The notes beneath the pieces were generated by a model. That model saw only the letters and a program-made list of their open reading frames with translations, searched no databases and was not told the DNA's origin. The position numbers and the translations under genes are program-made. Positions 18,873 to 31,306 of a stretch of DNA of 64,000 bases are shown in pieces. This DNA is from an uncultured Actinomycetota bacterium (GTDB lineage: Bacteria; Actinomycetota; UBA4738; HRBIN12), in the NCBI GenBank assembly GCA_963746335.1, contig CAVVAK010000004.1:109987-173986 (forward strand). The letters run 5' to 3'. The first letter of the stretch is position 1; every line of letters starts with the position of its first letter.

Positions 18873-20048
18873 ATGCCCGAGGAGATCGCGCCGAACGTGC
18901 TGTCGTGGGCGAGCGAGCTCGACGAGCTGACCCGCGCCCAGGCCGCCGTGACCGCCCGGCTCCCGATCCTCGCCGGACATCTGGCGTTGATGCCCGACGC
19001 CCACCTCGGCAAGGGCGCCACGATCGGCTCCGTGATCCCGACCGACAGCGCCGTGATCCCGTCCGCTGTCGGCGTGGACATCGGCTGCGGCATGGCGGCG
19101 CGGCGGTTGGAGCTCACGCAGGAGGATCTTCCCGACGGGCTCGATCCATGGATCTCCGCGATGGAGACTGCCGTCCCCGCCGGCCTCGGCCGCTGGCACG
19201 GCGAGCCCTCCGACGACGCTCTGGGATGGCTCGCGGAGCACCCTCCCCCGCCGACCCTCGACAACGCACAGCGGGCCGCCGCACAGCTCGGCACCTTGGG
19301 CTCGGGGAACCACTTCATCGAGCTCGCCACGGACGAGGAGAACCGGGTCTGGATCCTGTTGCACTCGGGCTCGCGGGGCGGCGGCAACAAGCTCGCGACG
19401 ATGCACACGACGACCGCCAGGAAGTTGCACGAAGGGCTCGGCACGCGGCTCGAGGACCCCGAGCTCGCGTGGCTGCAGGAGGGAACCTCGGAGTTCGACG
19501 CGTACCTCCGTGACCTCCGCTGGTCGCAGACCTACGCGCGGGAGAACCGACGGCTGATGCTCGAGTCGACGCACGGCGCCGTGGAACGCGTCGTCGGCCG
19601 CGACGTCGCGACGGCGGACGAGGTCAACTGCCATCACAACTTCACGGAGCAGGAGGAACACGGTGGTCGCAACGTGTGGGTGACGCGGAAGGGCGCGATC
19701 CGTGCTCGCGTCGGCGACCGCGGGCTGATCCCCGGCGCGATGGGCCAGCGCTCCTACGTCATCCGCGGTCTCGGCAACGAAGCGTCGTACGGATCGTGCG
19801 CGCACGGCGCCGGGCGTCGGATGTCACGTCGGCAAGCGAAGAAGCAGCTCTCGGTCGAAAGCTTCGCCGAGGTGATGGGCGTTGGTGCATGGCAACACGC
19901 GAGCGCACGAGAGCTGCTCGACGAGCATCCCGCCGCCTACAAGCCGATCGACGTGGTCATGCGCGACCAGGCCGATCTCGTCGAGATCGAGCACGAGCTC
20001 CACGGCATCGCGAACTACAAGGGCGTCGAAGGGCCGAGGAACCGTTAG
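18873..20048 (+). CDS. rtcB: RNA-splicing ligase RtcB.
   Basis: 'MPDAHLGKGATIGSV', 'GSGNHFIEL', 'NCHHNF', 'GAMG..SYV' and 'CAHGAGR' catalytic motifs. Confidence 0.9.
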   Translation: MPEEIAPNVLSWASELDELTRAQAAVTARLPILAGHLALMPDAHLGKGATIGSVIPTDSAVIPSAVGVDIGCGMAARRLELTQEDLPDGLDPWISAMETAVPAGLGRWHGEPSDDALGWLAEHPPPPTLDNAQRAAAQLGTLGSGNHFIELATDEENRVWILLHSGSRGGGNKLATMHTTTARKLHEGLGTRLEDPELAWLQEGTSEFDAYLRDLRWSQTYARENRRLMLESTHGAVERVVGRDVATADEVNCHHNFTEQEEHGGRNVWVTRKGAIRARVGDRGLIPGAMGQRSYVIRGLGNEASYGSCAHGAGRRMSRRQAKKQLSVESFAEVMGVGAWQHASARELLDEHPAAYKPIDVVMRDQADLVEIEHELHGIANYKGVEGPRNR

Positions 20049-21223
20049 CCGGCGAGGGTTCGGCTGAGTTCCGACAGGCTCTCGAGGTTGTGGCCCGACA
20101 GGAACACGTCGACCGAAGGAAGGGCGGCTGCCATCCCTCGCGCGAGCGGCTCATATCGCGGTGAGCCCTTGAGCGGATTCACCCACACGACCTTGTGCGC
20201 GAGACGCCCGAGGCGCGCCATCTGCAACCGAAGCAGCTCCGGATCCCCACGCTCCAGGCCGTCGCTGCACAGCACCACGACCGCGCCGCGGAGCGCCGCT
20301 CGCTGGCTCCATCCGTCCAACAGGGACTTCAGCGACTCGCCGATCCGCGTCCCGCCCTCCCAGTCGGCGACCGTCCGGCCGATCTCGTGGAGCGCGCGGT
20401 CCGGGTCCTTCGTTCGGAGCATCCGCGTCACGCGAGTGAGCCGCGTGCCGAAGCAGAACACCTCAACCTGCCGGCCGGCCGCCATCGCCGCGTAGCCGAA
20501 CTGCACGAGCGCCCGCGCGTACGGCGACATCGAGCCGCTCACGTCCAGGATCAGCACGAGCGGCCGGCCCCGGACGCGGCGGTCGCGCCATGCCCGTTCG
20601 AACGGCTCCCCGCGCGTCCGCAGCGACCGCCGTAGGGTGCGGCGGACGTCGAACCTGGCGCCCTTCGCCGACGGGCGCGTCCGGCGCATCCGCTGTTCCG
20701 GCAGGGCGACAGCCAGCGCGCGGATCATCCTGCCGACCTCGTCGCGTTCCTCCTCGGAGAGATCTGCGAACGACTTCGAGCGCAAGACCTCGACGGCGCT
20801 CGCGACGATCCGGAGCGCGGCCTCGTCGCCGGCCTCGGGTGCCTCGTCTTCCTCGGTCAAGCCGTGCCACTCGGCGGCGGTCTTTCCCGCTTGAACATCC
20901 AGCAACTCCGGTTCGTCTCCCCACTCGACGCCCTTCCGGGCGAGCGAGGGAAGATCGAGCTCGATCTTGAGATCCTCCGTCGAGCGGAGCGACCGATACC
21001 AATCCTCGAATGCCAGGTCGTAGGCGGCCAGGTCTTCCTTCCGGCCGATCATCGAGATGCGACCCGCCCAGTAGAGCGACAGGCGGTCGGTGAGGCCGAG
21101 CGCCGCGACGGAGCGGACGAACGTCAGGATGCGGCCGGTGCCGACGGGCAGGCCCCGGGCCCGCAAACCTCGTCCGAACGCGACGAGCGGTGGGAGCGGC
21201 TCGGCGAGTGGAGGCTCAGCCAT
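20045..21223 (-). CDS. coxE: VWA domain protein, CoxE-like.
   Basis: 'LVLILDVSGSMSPYA' MIDAS motif and the CoxE-type N-terminal region. Confidence 0.75.
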   Translation of the reverse strand: MAEPPLAEPLPPLVAFGRGLRARGLPVGTGRILTFVRSVAALGLTDRLSLYWAGRISMIGRKEDLAAYDLAFEDWYRSLRSTEDLKIELDLPSLARKGVEWGDEPELLDVQAGKTAAEWHGLTEEDEAPEAGDEAALRIVASAVEVLRSKSFADLSEEERDEVGRMIRALAVALPEQRMRRTRPSAKGARFDVRRTLRRSLRTRGEPFERAWRDRRVRGRPLVLILDVSGSMSPYARALVQFGYAAMAAGRQVEVFCFGTRLTRVTRMLRTKDPDRALHEIGRTVADWEGGTRIGESLKSLLDGWSQRAALRGAVVVLCSDGLERGDPELLRLQMARLGRLAHKVVWVNPLKGSPRYEPLARGMAAALPSVDVFLSGHNLESLSELSRTLAG

Positions 21224-22103
21224 CGCGGTCGCCGACGACCTCGGCGAGGCGCGGCGCCACCAGTTCCTGGTCCTCGTGATCCTTCACGACCGCGCCCAGC
21301 GTGTCGCGCGCCAGCCCCGGACTCAGCCGATCGGCGCCGAGGAACGCGAGGGCGTTGGCCCAGTCGATCGTCTCCGCAACGCCGGGCAGCTTCGCGAGAT
21401 CCAGCGACCGCAAGCGGGCCACCGCCTCCGCCACGTCGCGGGCGAGCGCCTCACCGACGTGCGGGGCGCGTGTGCGCACGATCTCCACTTCGCGATCCAG
21501 CCCCGGGTGGTCGATCCAGTGATAGAGGCAGCGCCGCTTCAGCGCGTCGTGGAGCTCCCTCGTCCGGTTCGACGTCACCACGACCGCCGGCGGCGACTCC
21601 GCCACCACCTGGCCCACTTCGGGGATCGTCACCGCGAACTCCGAGAGGATCTCGAGCAGGAAGGCCTCGAACTCGTCGTCGGCGCGATCCAGCTCGTCCA
21701 CGAGGAGCACCGCACCGGATCCCGCTCGGATCGCCGCGAGCAGCGGGCGCTCGACCAGGAACTCGGGCCCGAAGAGGTCGTCGACGTGACGCTCCGCCTC
21801 GGACGCATCCATCGCCCGCACGGCGAGCAGCTGACGGGCGTAGTTCCACTCGTAGAGGGCCTGCGATGCGTCGATCCCCTCGTAGCACTGGAGGCGGATC
21901 AGCCTGCGCCCGAGAAGCTCGGCCAGGACCTTCGCCACCTCCGTCTTGCCGACGCCCGCTTCCCCTTCGAGCAGCAACGGCTTGTCGAGCGAGAGGGCCA
22001 GGTGGATCGCCGTCGCGAGGCCCCGGTCGGCCAGATAGGCATGCGAGCCCAGCTGGGCCTGCAGCTCGTCCACCGAGGCGAACCGACCATCCATGACGCT
22101 CAT
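21216..22103 (-). CDS. coxD: MoxR-family AAA+ ATPase, CoxD-like.
   Basis: 'LLLEGEAGVGKT' Walker A and 'VLLVDELDRA' Walker B. Overlaps coxE by 8 nt. Confidence 0.8.
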   Translation of the reverse strand: MSVMDGRFASVDELQAQLGSHAYLADRGLATAIHLALSLDKPLLLEGEAGVGKTEVAKVLAELLGRRLIRLQCYEGIDASQALYEWNYARQLLAVRAMDASEAERHVDDLFGPEFLVERPLLAAIRAGSGAVLLVDELDRADDEFEAFLLEILSEFAVTIPEVGQVVAESPPAVVVTSNRTRELHDALKRRCLYHWIDHPGLDREVEIVRTRAPHVGEALARDVAEAVARLRSLDLAKLPGVAETIDWANALAFLGADRLSPGLARDTLGAVVKDHEDQELVAPRLAEVVGDRDG

Positions 22104-22199
22104 GGTACGGGCACCCTACGGCGCCGGCACGAGTGCCCGGTTCGACGGAAAGCCGCTCGGTGAGGTTGAATGTTCGCCTTAGAGACCCGTGGAGGCCGC

Positions 22200-23444
<1,245 letters not shown>

Positions 23445-23501
23445 GAGTTGATGGTGGAGGAACCACAGGCGGGGGTCATGCACAGGAGGAGGGGACGTTC
23501 T

Positions 23502-24832
23502 ATGCGGAAGTTGCGGATGCTCGTACTGCCCGTGGTGATCGTGATGATCGCCGCGGCATGCTCTGCGGAGGAATCAGGCGACGGGAACGGCGACGGTGGG
23601 AACCAGGAGGAGAACAAGGGAACCGTCAACGTCTTGAACGCGCTGGAGCCGGCGGAGAACGAGGTCCTCCAGGCGATCACGGACGACCTGATCAACCCGG
23701 AGGTGGACTACAAGACCGAGTTCGAGGTCGCGGACGACATCGCGCAGCAGATCCAGATCAGGTCCGAGGGAGGGACCCTCGACGTCGTCCTGGTCCCGCA
23801 GCCCGGCGCGGTGGTGCAGCAGGCCGAGGACGGCAACGCCGTCTCTCTCGAGGACATGGGCTTCGACATGGCCGAGCTCGAGAGCACGTTCGGCGAGTAC
23901 TTCCTCTCGCTGGGAGAGTTCGAAGGCGAGCACTACGGCATCCCGACCAACATCAACTACAAGAGCATGATCTGGTACCCGAAGGCCGAGTTCGAGAAGG
24001 CCGGCTACACCGTCCCGACGACATGGGACGAATTGATCGCACTCTCCGACCAGATCGTGGCCGACGGCAGTACCCCATGGTGTGTGGGATTCGAGTCCGG
24101 AGGGGACACGGGCTGGCCGGCAACGGACTGGATGGAAGACATCATGCTGGGCACCGCCGGCACGGACACGTACACGCAGTGGATCACGCACGAGATCCCG
24201 TTCAACGACCCGGCGGTCATGGATGCGGGAGAGAAGTTCGGTGAAGTGATGTTCGGGGACGGCTACGTCCTCGGCGGGGCCGACCAGACGCCGAGCATCG
24301 CGTTCGCGGAGGCACCGCTTCCGATGTTCGACAGCCCGCCGAAGTGCTGGCTCCACCGTCAAGCCAGCTTCATCAACGCCTTCTTCCCGGAGGGCACGGA
24401 GCCCGGCGTGGACTACGACTGGTTCCCGTTCCCCGGTGAGAACCAGCAGGGGACGTTGTTCGCCGGCGAGCTGGCCGTGGTGTTCTCCAACCGGCCGGAG
24501 GTCAAGGACTTCCTGGAGCGGTTCATGGCGGAGGACGTGCAGTGCGCCATGGGCTCGGAGCCCGGGAGCTCCACGGATCTCGCCGAACGTGAACGTCACG
24601 CCGGACTGCTACCCCAACCCGATCCTGGCCGCGGCATCGGAGGTCCTGGCCGAGGCGCTCACCGGCGGTGGGGCCGCCGGCTTCGACGCCTCCGACCAGA
24701 TGCCGCCGCAGGTGGGATCCGGGAGCTTCTGGACGGAGATGATGTCCTACATGCAGGACGGACCCGGACTCGCTGAAGACGCACCTCGACAACATCGAAG
24801 CGAGCTGGCCCGCGGAGTAGGCGGAACGGACC
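23502..24832 (+). pseudogene. Sugar ABC transporter substrate-binding lipoprotein (family 1 SBP), interrupted by two 1-nt frameshifts (about 24572 and about 24766).
   Basis: 'MRKLRMLVLPVVIVMIAAAC' lipobox signal. Reading switches frame 0 to frame 1 ('ISPNVNVTPDCYPNPILAAA...FWTEMMSYMQDGP') to frame 2 ('DSLKTHLDNIEASWPAE*'). Confidence 0.7.
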
Positions 24833-24923
24833 TGGATCCGACGACGGAGCGGGCGGGAGCGGCCGACATCGGCCGCTCCCGCCCGCGTCCCGAGAAGGCG
24901 AGGGTGAGTGAAGACATCGAGCG

Positions 24924-26067
24924 ATGAGCGGTCGGGCGCCGCGGAGGTCGCCGTCGAACCCGAGCCGCCGCCCTCGGGCGCACAGGGCATCCTCGGCTTC
25001 GCTCCTCAGGCTGATCAGCGCCCTCGCCATCCCGATCGTCGGGTTCATCGTCCTGTGGGCGACGTTCGACTTCCTCCGCGATGCCGAGGCGAACCGGTTC
25101 CTGGTCGTCGGCGTGGCGATCGTCGTCGGCGTCGGCGGCGTGTTCTTCCTCTACTGGGGCATGAACCGCGTGGTGGAGTTCCTGCCGGCTCGCTATCGGG
25201 AAGGCGTGCGGCCCTACGTGTTCGTCGGCCCCGCGCTGGTCATCCTGACGGTGTTCCTGATCTACCCGGTGATCAACACGATCCTCGTCAGCTTCAAGGA
25301 CTCGAGCGGCGAGGCCTTCGTCGGCTTCGACAACTTCAAGTTCGTCTTCACCGACCCGAGCATGCTCCGCGCGATCCGGAACACGTTCGGATGGATCGTC
25401 ATCGTGCCGCTCCTCGGCGTGTCCATCGGACTCGCGTTCGCGACGCTGGCCGACCGGCTCCGCCGGGGCGAGGCCGTGGCCAAGTCGATGATCTTCCTGC
25501 CGATGGCGATCTCGTTCGCCGGCGCCTCGATCACCTGGAAGTTGATCTACAGCTATCGGCCCGCAGGGATTCGGATCGAACATCGGACTGCTGAACGGGA
25601 TCATGCTCGGACTGGGCCAGGACCCCGTGTCGTGGCTGGACATCAAGCCGTGGAACAACCTGTTCCTGATGGTCATCATGGTGTGGATGCAGACCGGCTT
25701 CGCGATGGTGGTCCTGTCTGCGGCGATCAAGTCGATCCCCGACGAGATCATCGAGGCGGCCCGCATCGACGGCGCGTCCGAGTTCCAGGTCTTCCGCCGC
25801 ATCATGATCCCGAGCATCCTCCCCACGATCGCGGTGGTCTCCACCTACATGGTCATCAACGCGATGAAGGTCTTCGACATCGTCTTCGTGATGGGGAGCC
25901 CGGAGACGAGGGGAACCGAGGTGATCGCCGAACGGATGATCGACTGGTTCTTCATCAGCAACAACGACGGCCGAGGTGCGGCGATCGCCGTGGTCCTGTT
26001 CATCGCGATCGTGCCGGTGATGATCGTGAACATCCGCCGATTCCGGGAGGAGGAGGCGATCCGATGA
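24924..26067 (+). pseudogene. Sugar ABC permease (MalF/UgpA-like), with a single frameshift at about 25566.
   Basis: The N-terminal 215 aa are in frame 0. The conserved 'EAA' loop region 'GFGSNIGLLNGIMLGLGQ...IDGASEFQVFRRIMIPS' continues in another frame. Confidence 0.65.
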
Positions 26068-27012
26068 GCGTCGCGGAGCCCGCTCCTCCGGTCGCCGGCC
26101 GACGGCGCACCCGGGACCCTCGCCGTCGGCGACGAGCGCAAGGCCGGATGGTTCGTCCGGCTGACGGTGCTCGCCATCGTGATCCTCTGGCTGATCCCGG
26201 CGATGGGCGTGTTGATCACGTCGTTCCGCCCGGAGGCGCAGGTGAACGCGACGGGATGGTGGACCGTGTTCGCCAACCCGTTCAAGGCGGGCCAGTGGAC
26301 GTTCGAGAACTACAGCCTGGCCCTCGACGCCGGCGGGCTCGGGAACGCGTTCCTGAACAGCCTCGCGGTGGCGCTCCCGGCCACGGTGATCCCGATCGCG
26401 ATCGCCGCCTTCGCGGCGTACGCCTTCTCCTGGATGGAGTTCCGCGGGCGCTACGTGATGTTCATCGCCGTCGTCGCCCTCCTGGTGGTCCCGCTCCAGA
26501 TGGCCCTGATCCCGATCCTGCGCCTCTACAACCAGGGCGCGATCATCGGCGGGCGGTACCTCTTCCCCGACCTTGATCTCGTCGGCACGTTCCTGGGCGT
26601 GTGGCTCGCCCACACGGCGTTCGGATTGCCGCTCGCCGTCTACCTGCTCCGGAACTACATCGGCTCGCTGCCGTCCTCGATCATCGAGTCGGCGAAGATC
26701 GACGGGGCCGACCACTTCACGATCTTCTGGCGGCTCATCATCCCGCTCTCCGTCCCTGCGCTCGCCGCCTTCGCGATCTTCCAGTTCCTCTGGGTCTGGA
26801 ACGACCTCCTCGTCGCCTACGTGTTCCTGGGTGGGACCTCGGAGAACCGGGTGCTCACGATCGCCCTGTCCAACCTGGTGGGATCCACGGGCGAGAACTG
26901 GCACCTGCTGACCGCGGCGGCGTTCATCTCGATGACGCTGCCGCTCGTCGTGTTCTTCTCCCTCCAGAAGTACTTCGTGCGAGGGCTCACCGCCGGCGCC
27001 GTCAAGGGCTGA
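26064..27012 (+). CDS. Sugar ABC permease (MalG/UgpE-like). The ATG at 26064 (ATGA overlap) is out of frame with the body, which is first openable at GTG 26167. This may be a further frameshift between 26064 and 26167.
   Basis: 'IDGADHFTIFWRLIIPLSVPA' EAA motif. There is no in-frame ATG/GTG/TTG between the upstream stop and 26167. Confidence 0.6.
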
Positions 27013-27016
27013 GCGG

Positions 27017-27592
27017 GTGATCCGACGACGGAGATCCCCTCCGGCGGGCGTCGGCCCGCTCTCCCCCCGGAAGAAGTGGCGCGCGATCATGATCGCGACG
27101 CTCGTCCTGGTCCCCTCGTACTGGGCGGTGCTCGCGGGACTCGTATCGCTCGCCTCGGACAGCGCGGACGCCCCGCCGGCCGGACCCTTCATCGCCTTCG
27201 GGCTCGCGCTGATCCCGTTCGTCTTCATCGTCCTCGCCTTCCTCTCGGAGCACCCCCGGGCCCCGGGGGCCGTCCTCAAGGGCATGGGCCTCGCGCTCGC
27301 GGTGGGGCTCCCGGTCTCGGCGCTCGCGGCCGATGCGGTGACCGGCCTCGTCGCCGCGGCGGGCGCCGGAGGGGTCGCGGCGCTCCGAGCCGATCGCGCC
27401 GAGGCCTGGAAGGCGCGTGCGCTCGCGGTCCTGGTGGTCTCCGTGTACGTCTACCTGATGATCCGGCTCGCGGGCGACGTCACGCTGCTGCTCGCGCCGA
27501 CGCTTCCTTTCACGTGTCTCGGAGTCGCGGATCACCTGGTCGAACGTCGAAGTGAAAAAGCGGAGGAACGGCAGGCCGCGGAGACCCATTGA
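27017..27592 (+). CDS. Hypothetical polytopic membrane protein.
   Basis: Four or five hydrophobic helices, coupled to its neighbours (5-nt gap, TTGA overlap). Confidence 0.5.
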   Translation: MIRRRRSPPAGVGPLSPRKKWRAIMIATLVLVPSYWAVLAGLVSLASDSADAPPAGPFIAFGLALIPFVFIVLAFLSEHPRAPGAVLKGMGLALAVGLPVSALAADAVTGLVAAAGAGGVAALRADRAEAWKARALAVLVVSVYVYLMIRLAGDVTLLLAPTLPFTCLGVADHLVERRSEKAEERQAAETH

Positions 27593-30040
27593 CGCGGTTC
27601 GGCCATTTCGACGACCAGGCCCGCGAGTACGTCATCTCGCGACCCGACACGCCGTTGCCGTGGATCAACTACCTGGGCAGCGAGGAGTACTTCGGGATCA
27701 TCTCGAACACTGCCGGCGGGTATTCGTTCTACCGGGACGCCCGGCTCCGGCGGCTGACGCGCTACCGATACAACAACGCGCCGACGGACACCGGCGGACG
27801 ATATCTCTACCTGCGGGATCGGGCGAGCAGCGACTGCTGGTCGCCGTCGTGGGCGCCGATCCGAGCCGACCTCGAGGATTACCGATGCCGCCACGGCCTC
27901 GGCTACACGGTCATCGGTTCGCGGCACCACGGGATAGATGCCGAGACGCTCTATCTCGTCCCGCTCGGCGAGTCGCTCGAGATCTGGCGAGCGCGGATCA
28001 CCAACCACCGGGACGAGGAAGCCGCTCTCTCCTTGTTCAGCGCGATCGAGTTCTGTCTGTGGGACGCCTGGGACGACCAGACGAACCTTCAGCGGAACTA
28101 CTCGACCGGCGAGGTCGAGGTTGCGGGCAACGTCATCTACCACACGACCGAGTACCGGGAGCGTCGGAACCACTTCGCGTTCTTCGCCTGCTCGGAGGAC
28201 GTCGCCGGCTTCGATACGCAGCGCGAGGCGTTCCTCGGTCCCTACCGGGGTTGGGATCATCCGATCGCCGTCGAAGAGGGCCGTTCGGCCGACTCGATCG
28301 CGCACGGGTGGGCGCCGATCGGCTCCCACACGATCGAGCTCGAGCTGGAGCCCGGCGAGGCCCGAGAGATCGTCTTCGTCCTCGGATACGCGGAGAACCC
28401 TCCCGACGCGAAGTTCGATCCGCCGGGCTCCCGGACGCTCGACAAGCGACGGGTCGGTCCGGTGATCGAGCGATACCTGCGAGCGGAGGAGGTCGAACTC
28501 GCCTTCGATGGGCTCCGTAAGCACTGGTCGGCACTCCTCGGTGGTTTCCAGATCTCGACGCCGAGCGATGACACCGACCAGATGGTGAACGTCTGGAACC
28601 CCTACCAATGCATGGTGACGTTCAACCTCTCTCGGTCGGCGTCGTCCTTCGACACCGGGGTTGGACGTGGCATCGGGTTCCGCGACTCGAGCCAGGACCT
28701 CCTCGGCTCCGTGCACATGGTGCCGGAGCGCGCGCGCGAGCGGATCCTCGACCTCGCCGCGACACAGCTCTCGACGGGGGGCGCCTACCACCAGTACCAG
28801 CCGCTCACGAAGCGAGGGAACGACGCGATCGGATCCGGCTTCAACGACGACCCCCTCTGGCTGATCCTCGCCGTCGCCGCCTACGTGAAGGAGACCGGGG
28901 ACCGCGAGATCCTGGACGAGCCGGTCGCCTACGACAACGAGGTGGGCTCGGAGACGCCGCTCTACGAGCACCTCCGTCGCGCGCTCGCGCTACACGCTGG
29001 ATCGACTCGGCCCGCACGGGCTACCGCTGATCGGGCGAGCGGACTGGAACGATTGCCTCAACCTCAACGCCTTCCTGGAGGAGCCGGGCGAGTCGTTCCA
29101 GACGGCTCCCCAGCGCGAGGGTGGAGTCGCGGAGTCGATGTTCATCGCCGGCCAGTTCGCGCTCGCGGCGGAGGAGCTCGCTCGACTCGCGGAGCTACAA
29201 GGGGTCCCGGATGATGCCGCCCACGATCGGAGGGAGCGGGAGCGGATGATCGAGGCGGTGCGCGAGCACGGCTGGGACGGCGAGTGGTTCCGCCGCGCGT
29301 ACGACTACGTCGGCAACGCGGTCGGCACCGCTGGGAGCGAGGAGGGACAGATCTGGATCGAGCCCCAGGGGATCTGCGTGATGGCGGGGATCGGGCTCGA
29401 CGACGGGACGGCGATGCGAGCGCTCGACTCGGTCGCCGACCGGCTGGGGACGCAGCACGGACTCGTGCTCCTCGATCCCGCCTACACCCGCTATCACGTA
29501 GAGCTCGGGGAGATCAGCTCATACCCCCCGGGCTACAAGGAGAACGGAGGGGTCTTCAGCCACACGAACCCGTGGATCGTCATCGCCGAGACGATGGTGG
29601 GCAACGCCGACCGTGCGTTCGACGCCTACCTTCGGATCAACCCCTCGGCTCGAGAGGTGCTCTCGGAGGTGCACCGGTGCGAGCCGTACGTCTACGCGCA
29701 GATGATCGCCGGCAAGGATGCGACGACTCCGGGCGAGGCGAAGAACTCCTGGCTGACGGGCTCCGCGGCGTGGAACTTCGTCGCGATCACCCAGTGGATC
29801 CTCGGGATCCGGCCGGAACACGAAGGTCTCCGGATCGACCCCTGCCTGCCCACGGACTGGAAAGGCTACGAGGCCGTCCGCGGGTTCAGGGGCGCGACGT
29901 ATCGGATCTCGGTCCGCAAGGAGCGAGGCGTCACCGGGCGAGTCACCTCGCTGCTCGTCGACGGCCGGCAGGTCGACGGGAACATCGTGGCGCCCGCTCC
30001 CGAGGGGGCAGACGTGACGATCGAAGCCACGGTCACCTGA
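27589..30040 (+). pseudogene. GH94 glycoside phosphorylase (cellobiose / chitobiose phosphorylase family, about 817 aa if repaired), with one frameshift at about 28990.
   Basis: 'HFDDQAREYVISRPDTPLPWINYLGSEEYFGIISNTAGGYSFYRDA' N-terminus. The conserved 'GRADWNDCLNLN' motif is only readable in the frame of the downstream ORF, which continues to 30040. Confidence 0.7.
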
Positions 30041-31238
30041 CCGGTCGCGCCTCATCGATCGCGGTCGCTCCCGCAGCCAGCCCCGACACCGCCGTGGCGA
30101 CGACCGGCACCAGGAACGCGATCCGCAGGGTGGCCAGGTCGGCGATGAAACCCACGAGGAGCGGTCCGACGATCGACCCCGTGTAGCCGGCGGTGACCAC
30201 GAGCGGCAGGGCGCTCGCGTGACCTGGACGGTGGATCCAGCCGGCTGCCCGGAAGGCGAGCGGAACCACCGGGCCGAGGCCCAGGCCGACGATCCCGAGC
30301 GCGGCGATGGACGGAAGCAGGCGATGGACGATCAGCATCGCGGCGAGCGCCGCGAACGCGCTCGAGGCACCGACCCGGGCAACGGCCGCTTGGCCGAACC
30401 GTGCGACGAGCCGATCTCCCACGAAGCGCGATACCGCCATCCCCGCGGAGAACGCGACGACGCCGAGGCCGGCCGCGCTGTGGGCGGCACCAACCGACTC
30501 GCGGAGGAAGACGGCGCTCCATTCGACCGCGATCCCCTCCACCAGGAAGGAGCCTGCGGCGACCAAGCAAAGGAGGAGGACCGTGTTCGGCCGCGCCCGG
30601 CCGACGCGCGTATCACCCGGCAGCCCGGCCATCGCTTCACCCGGCGATCCCTCGGCGCCCTCCTCCGCGGTCGGCAACCACCGAAGGAACACGCCGCTGA
30701 CCGCGACGACCAGCGCCGCCGAGATCGGGAGATGGATCCCGATCGACAGGCCGGCGGCGATCCCCGCCGAGGCGAGAGCGGCTCCGACGAACAGCGCCAC
30801 GCTCCAGGTGCCGTGGATCGCGGCCATCACCCGGCGTTCGAACCGACGCTCGACGACGACCGCCTCGATGTTCATCGCCACGTCGATCAGGCCCGCCAGC
30901 AGGCCGATGCCGAGGAAGAGCACGGTGAGCGACACGAGACCGCCCGCCGCCGGCAGGAGCGCGAACCCCACGCCCATCACCGGGATGCCGCCGCGGACGA
31001 CCCGTCGGCCGCCCCAACGTCGGATCGCCGGGTCCGCCACGCGGGTGCCCGCGAACAAACCCACCGCGAAACCCGTCAGGGCGATCCCCAGCCCGGAGGC
31101 GTCGAGCCCCGCCTGCGCCTTGATGCGTGGGATCCACGGCCCGAGGAGGCCGGACAGCATCGCGTGCGCCGCGAACGCGGTCGTCACCCCGACGCGCGCA
31201 CGGCGCAAGGCGCGCTGATCGTGCCCGGCAGTCGCCAT
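30033..31238 (-). CDS. MFS transporter.
   Basis: 12 TM pattern with a 'GRRV' loop motif. Confidence 0.7.
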   Translation of the reverse strand: MATAGHDQRALRRARVGVTTAFAAHAMLSGLLGPWIPRIKAQAGLDASGLGIALTGFAVGLFAGTRVADPAIRRWGGRRVVRGGIPVMGVGFALLPAAGGLVSLTVLFLGIGLLAGLIDVAMNIEAVVVERRFERRVMAAIHGTWSVALFVGAALASAGIAAGLSIGIHLPISAALVVAVSGVFLRWLPTAEEGAEGSPGEAMAGLPGDTRVGRARPNTVLLLCLVAAGSFLVEGIAVEWSAVFLRESVGAAHSAAGLGVVAFSAGMAVSRFVGDRLVARFGQAAVARVGASSAFAALAAMLIVHRLLPSIAALGIVGLGLGPVVPLAFRAAGWIHRPGHASALPLVVTAGYTGSIVGPLLVGFIADLATLRIAFLVPVVATAVSGLAAGATAIDEARPVR

Positions 31239-31306
31239 CGACAGAGTCTGTGCGACGCGAGCAGGGATCGGCACGTTGCCTGATGACCGTTCGCTAGGCT
31301 GCTCGG

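Noticed and set aside
18873-22103. RtcB, VWA and MoxR as an RNA-repair conflict module (Ro60-like).
   Set aside because: The VWA protein lacks a TROVE domain and has the CoxE-type N-terminus. coxD/E are co-directional and coupled to each other but convergent to rtcB, so co-transcription with rtcB is impossible. This is kept only as a low-level note within the cox finding.
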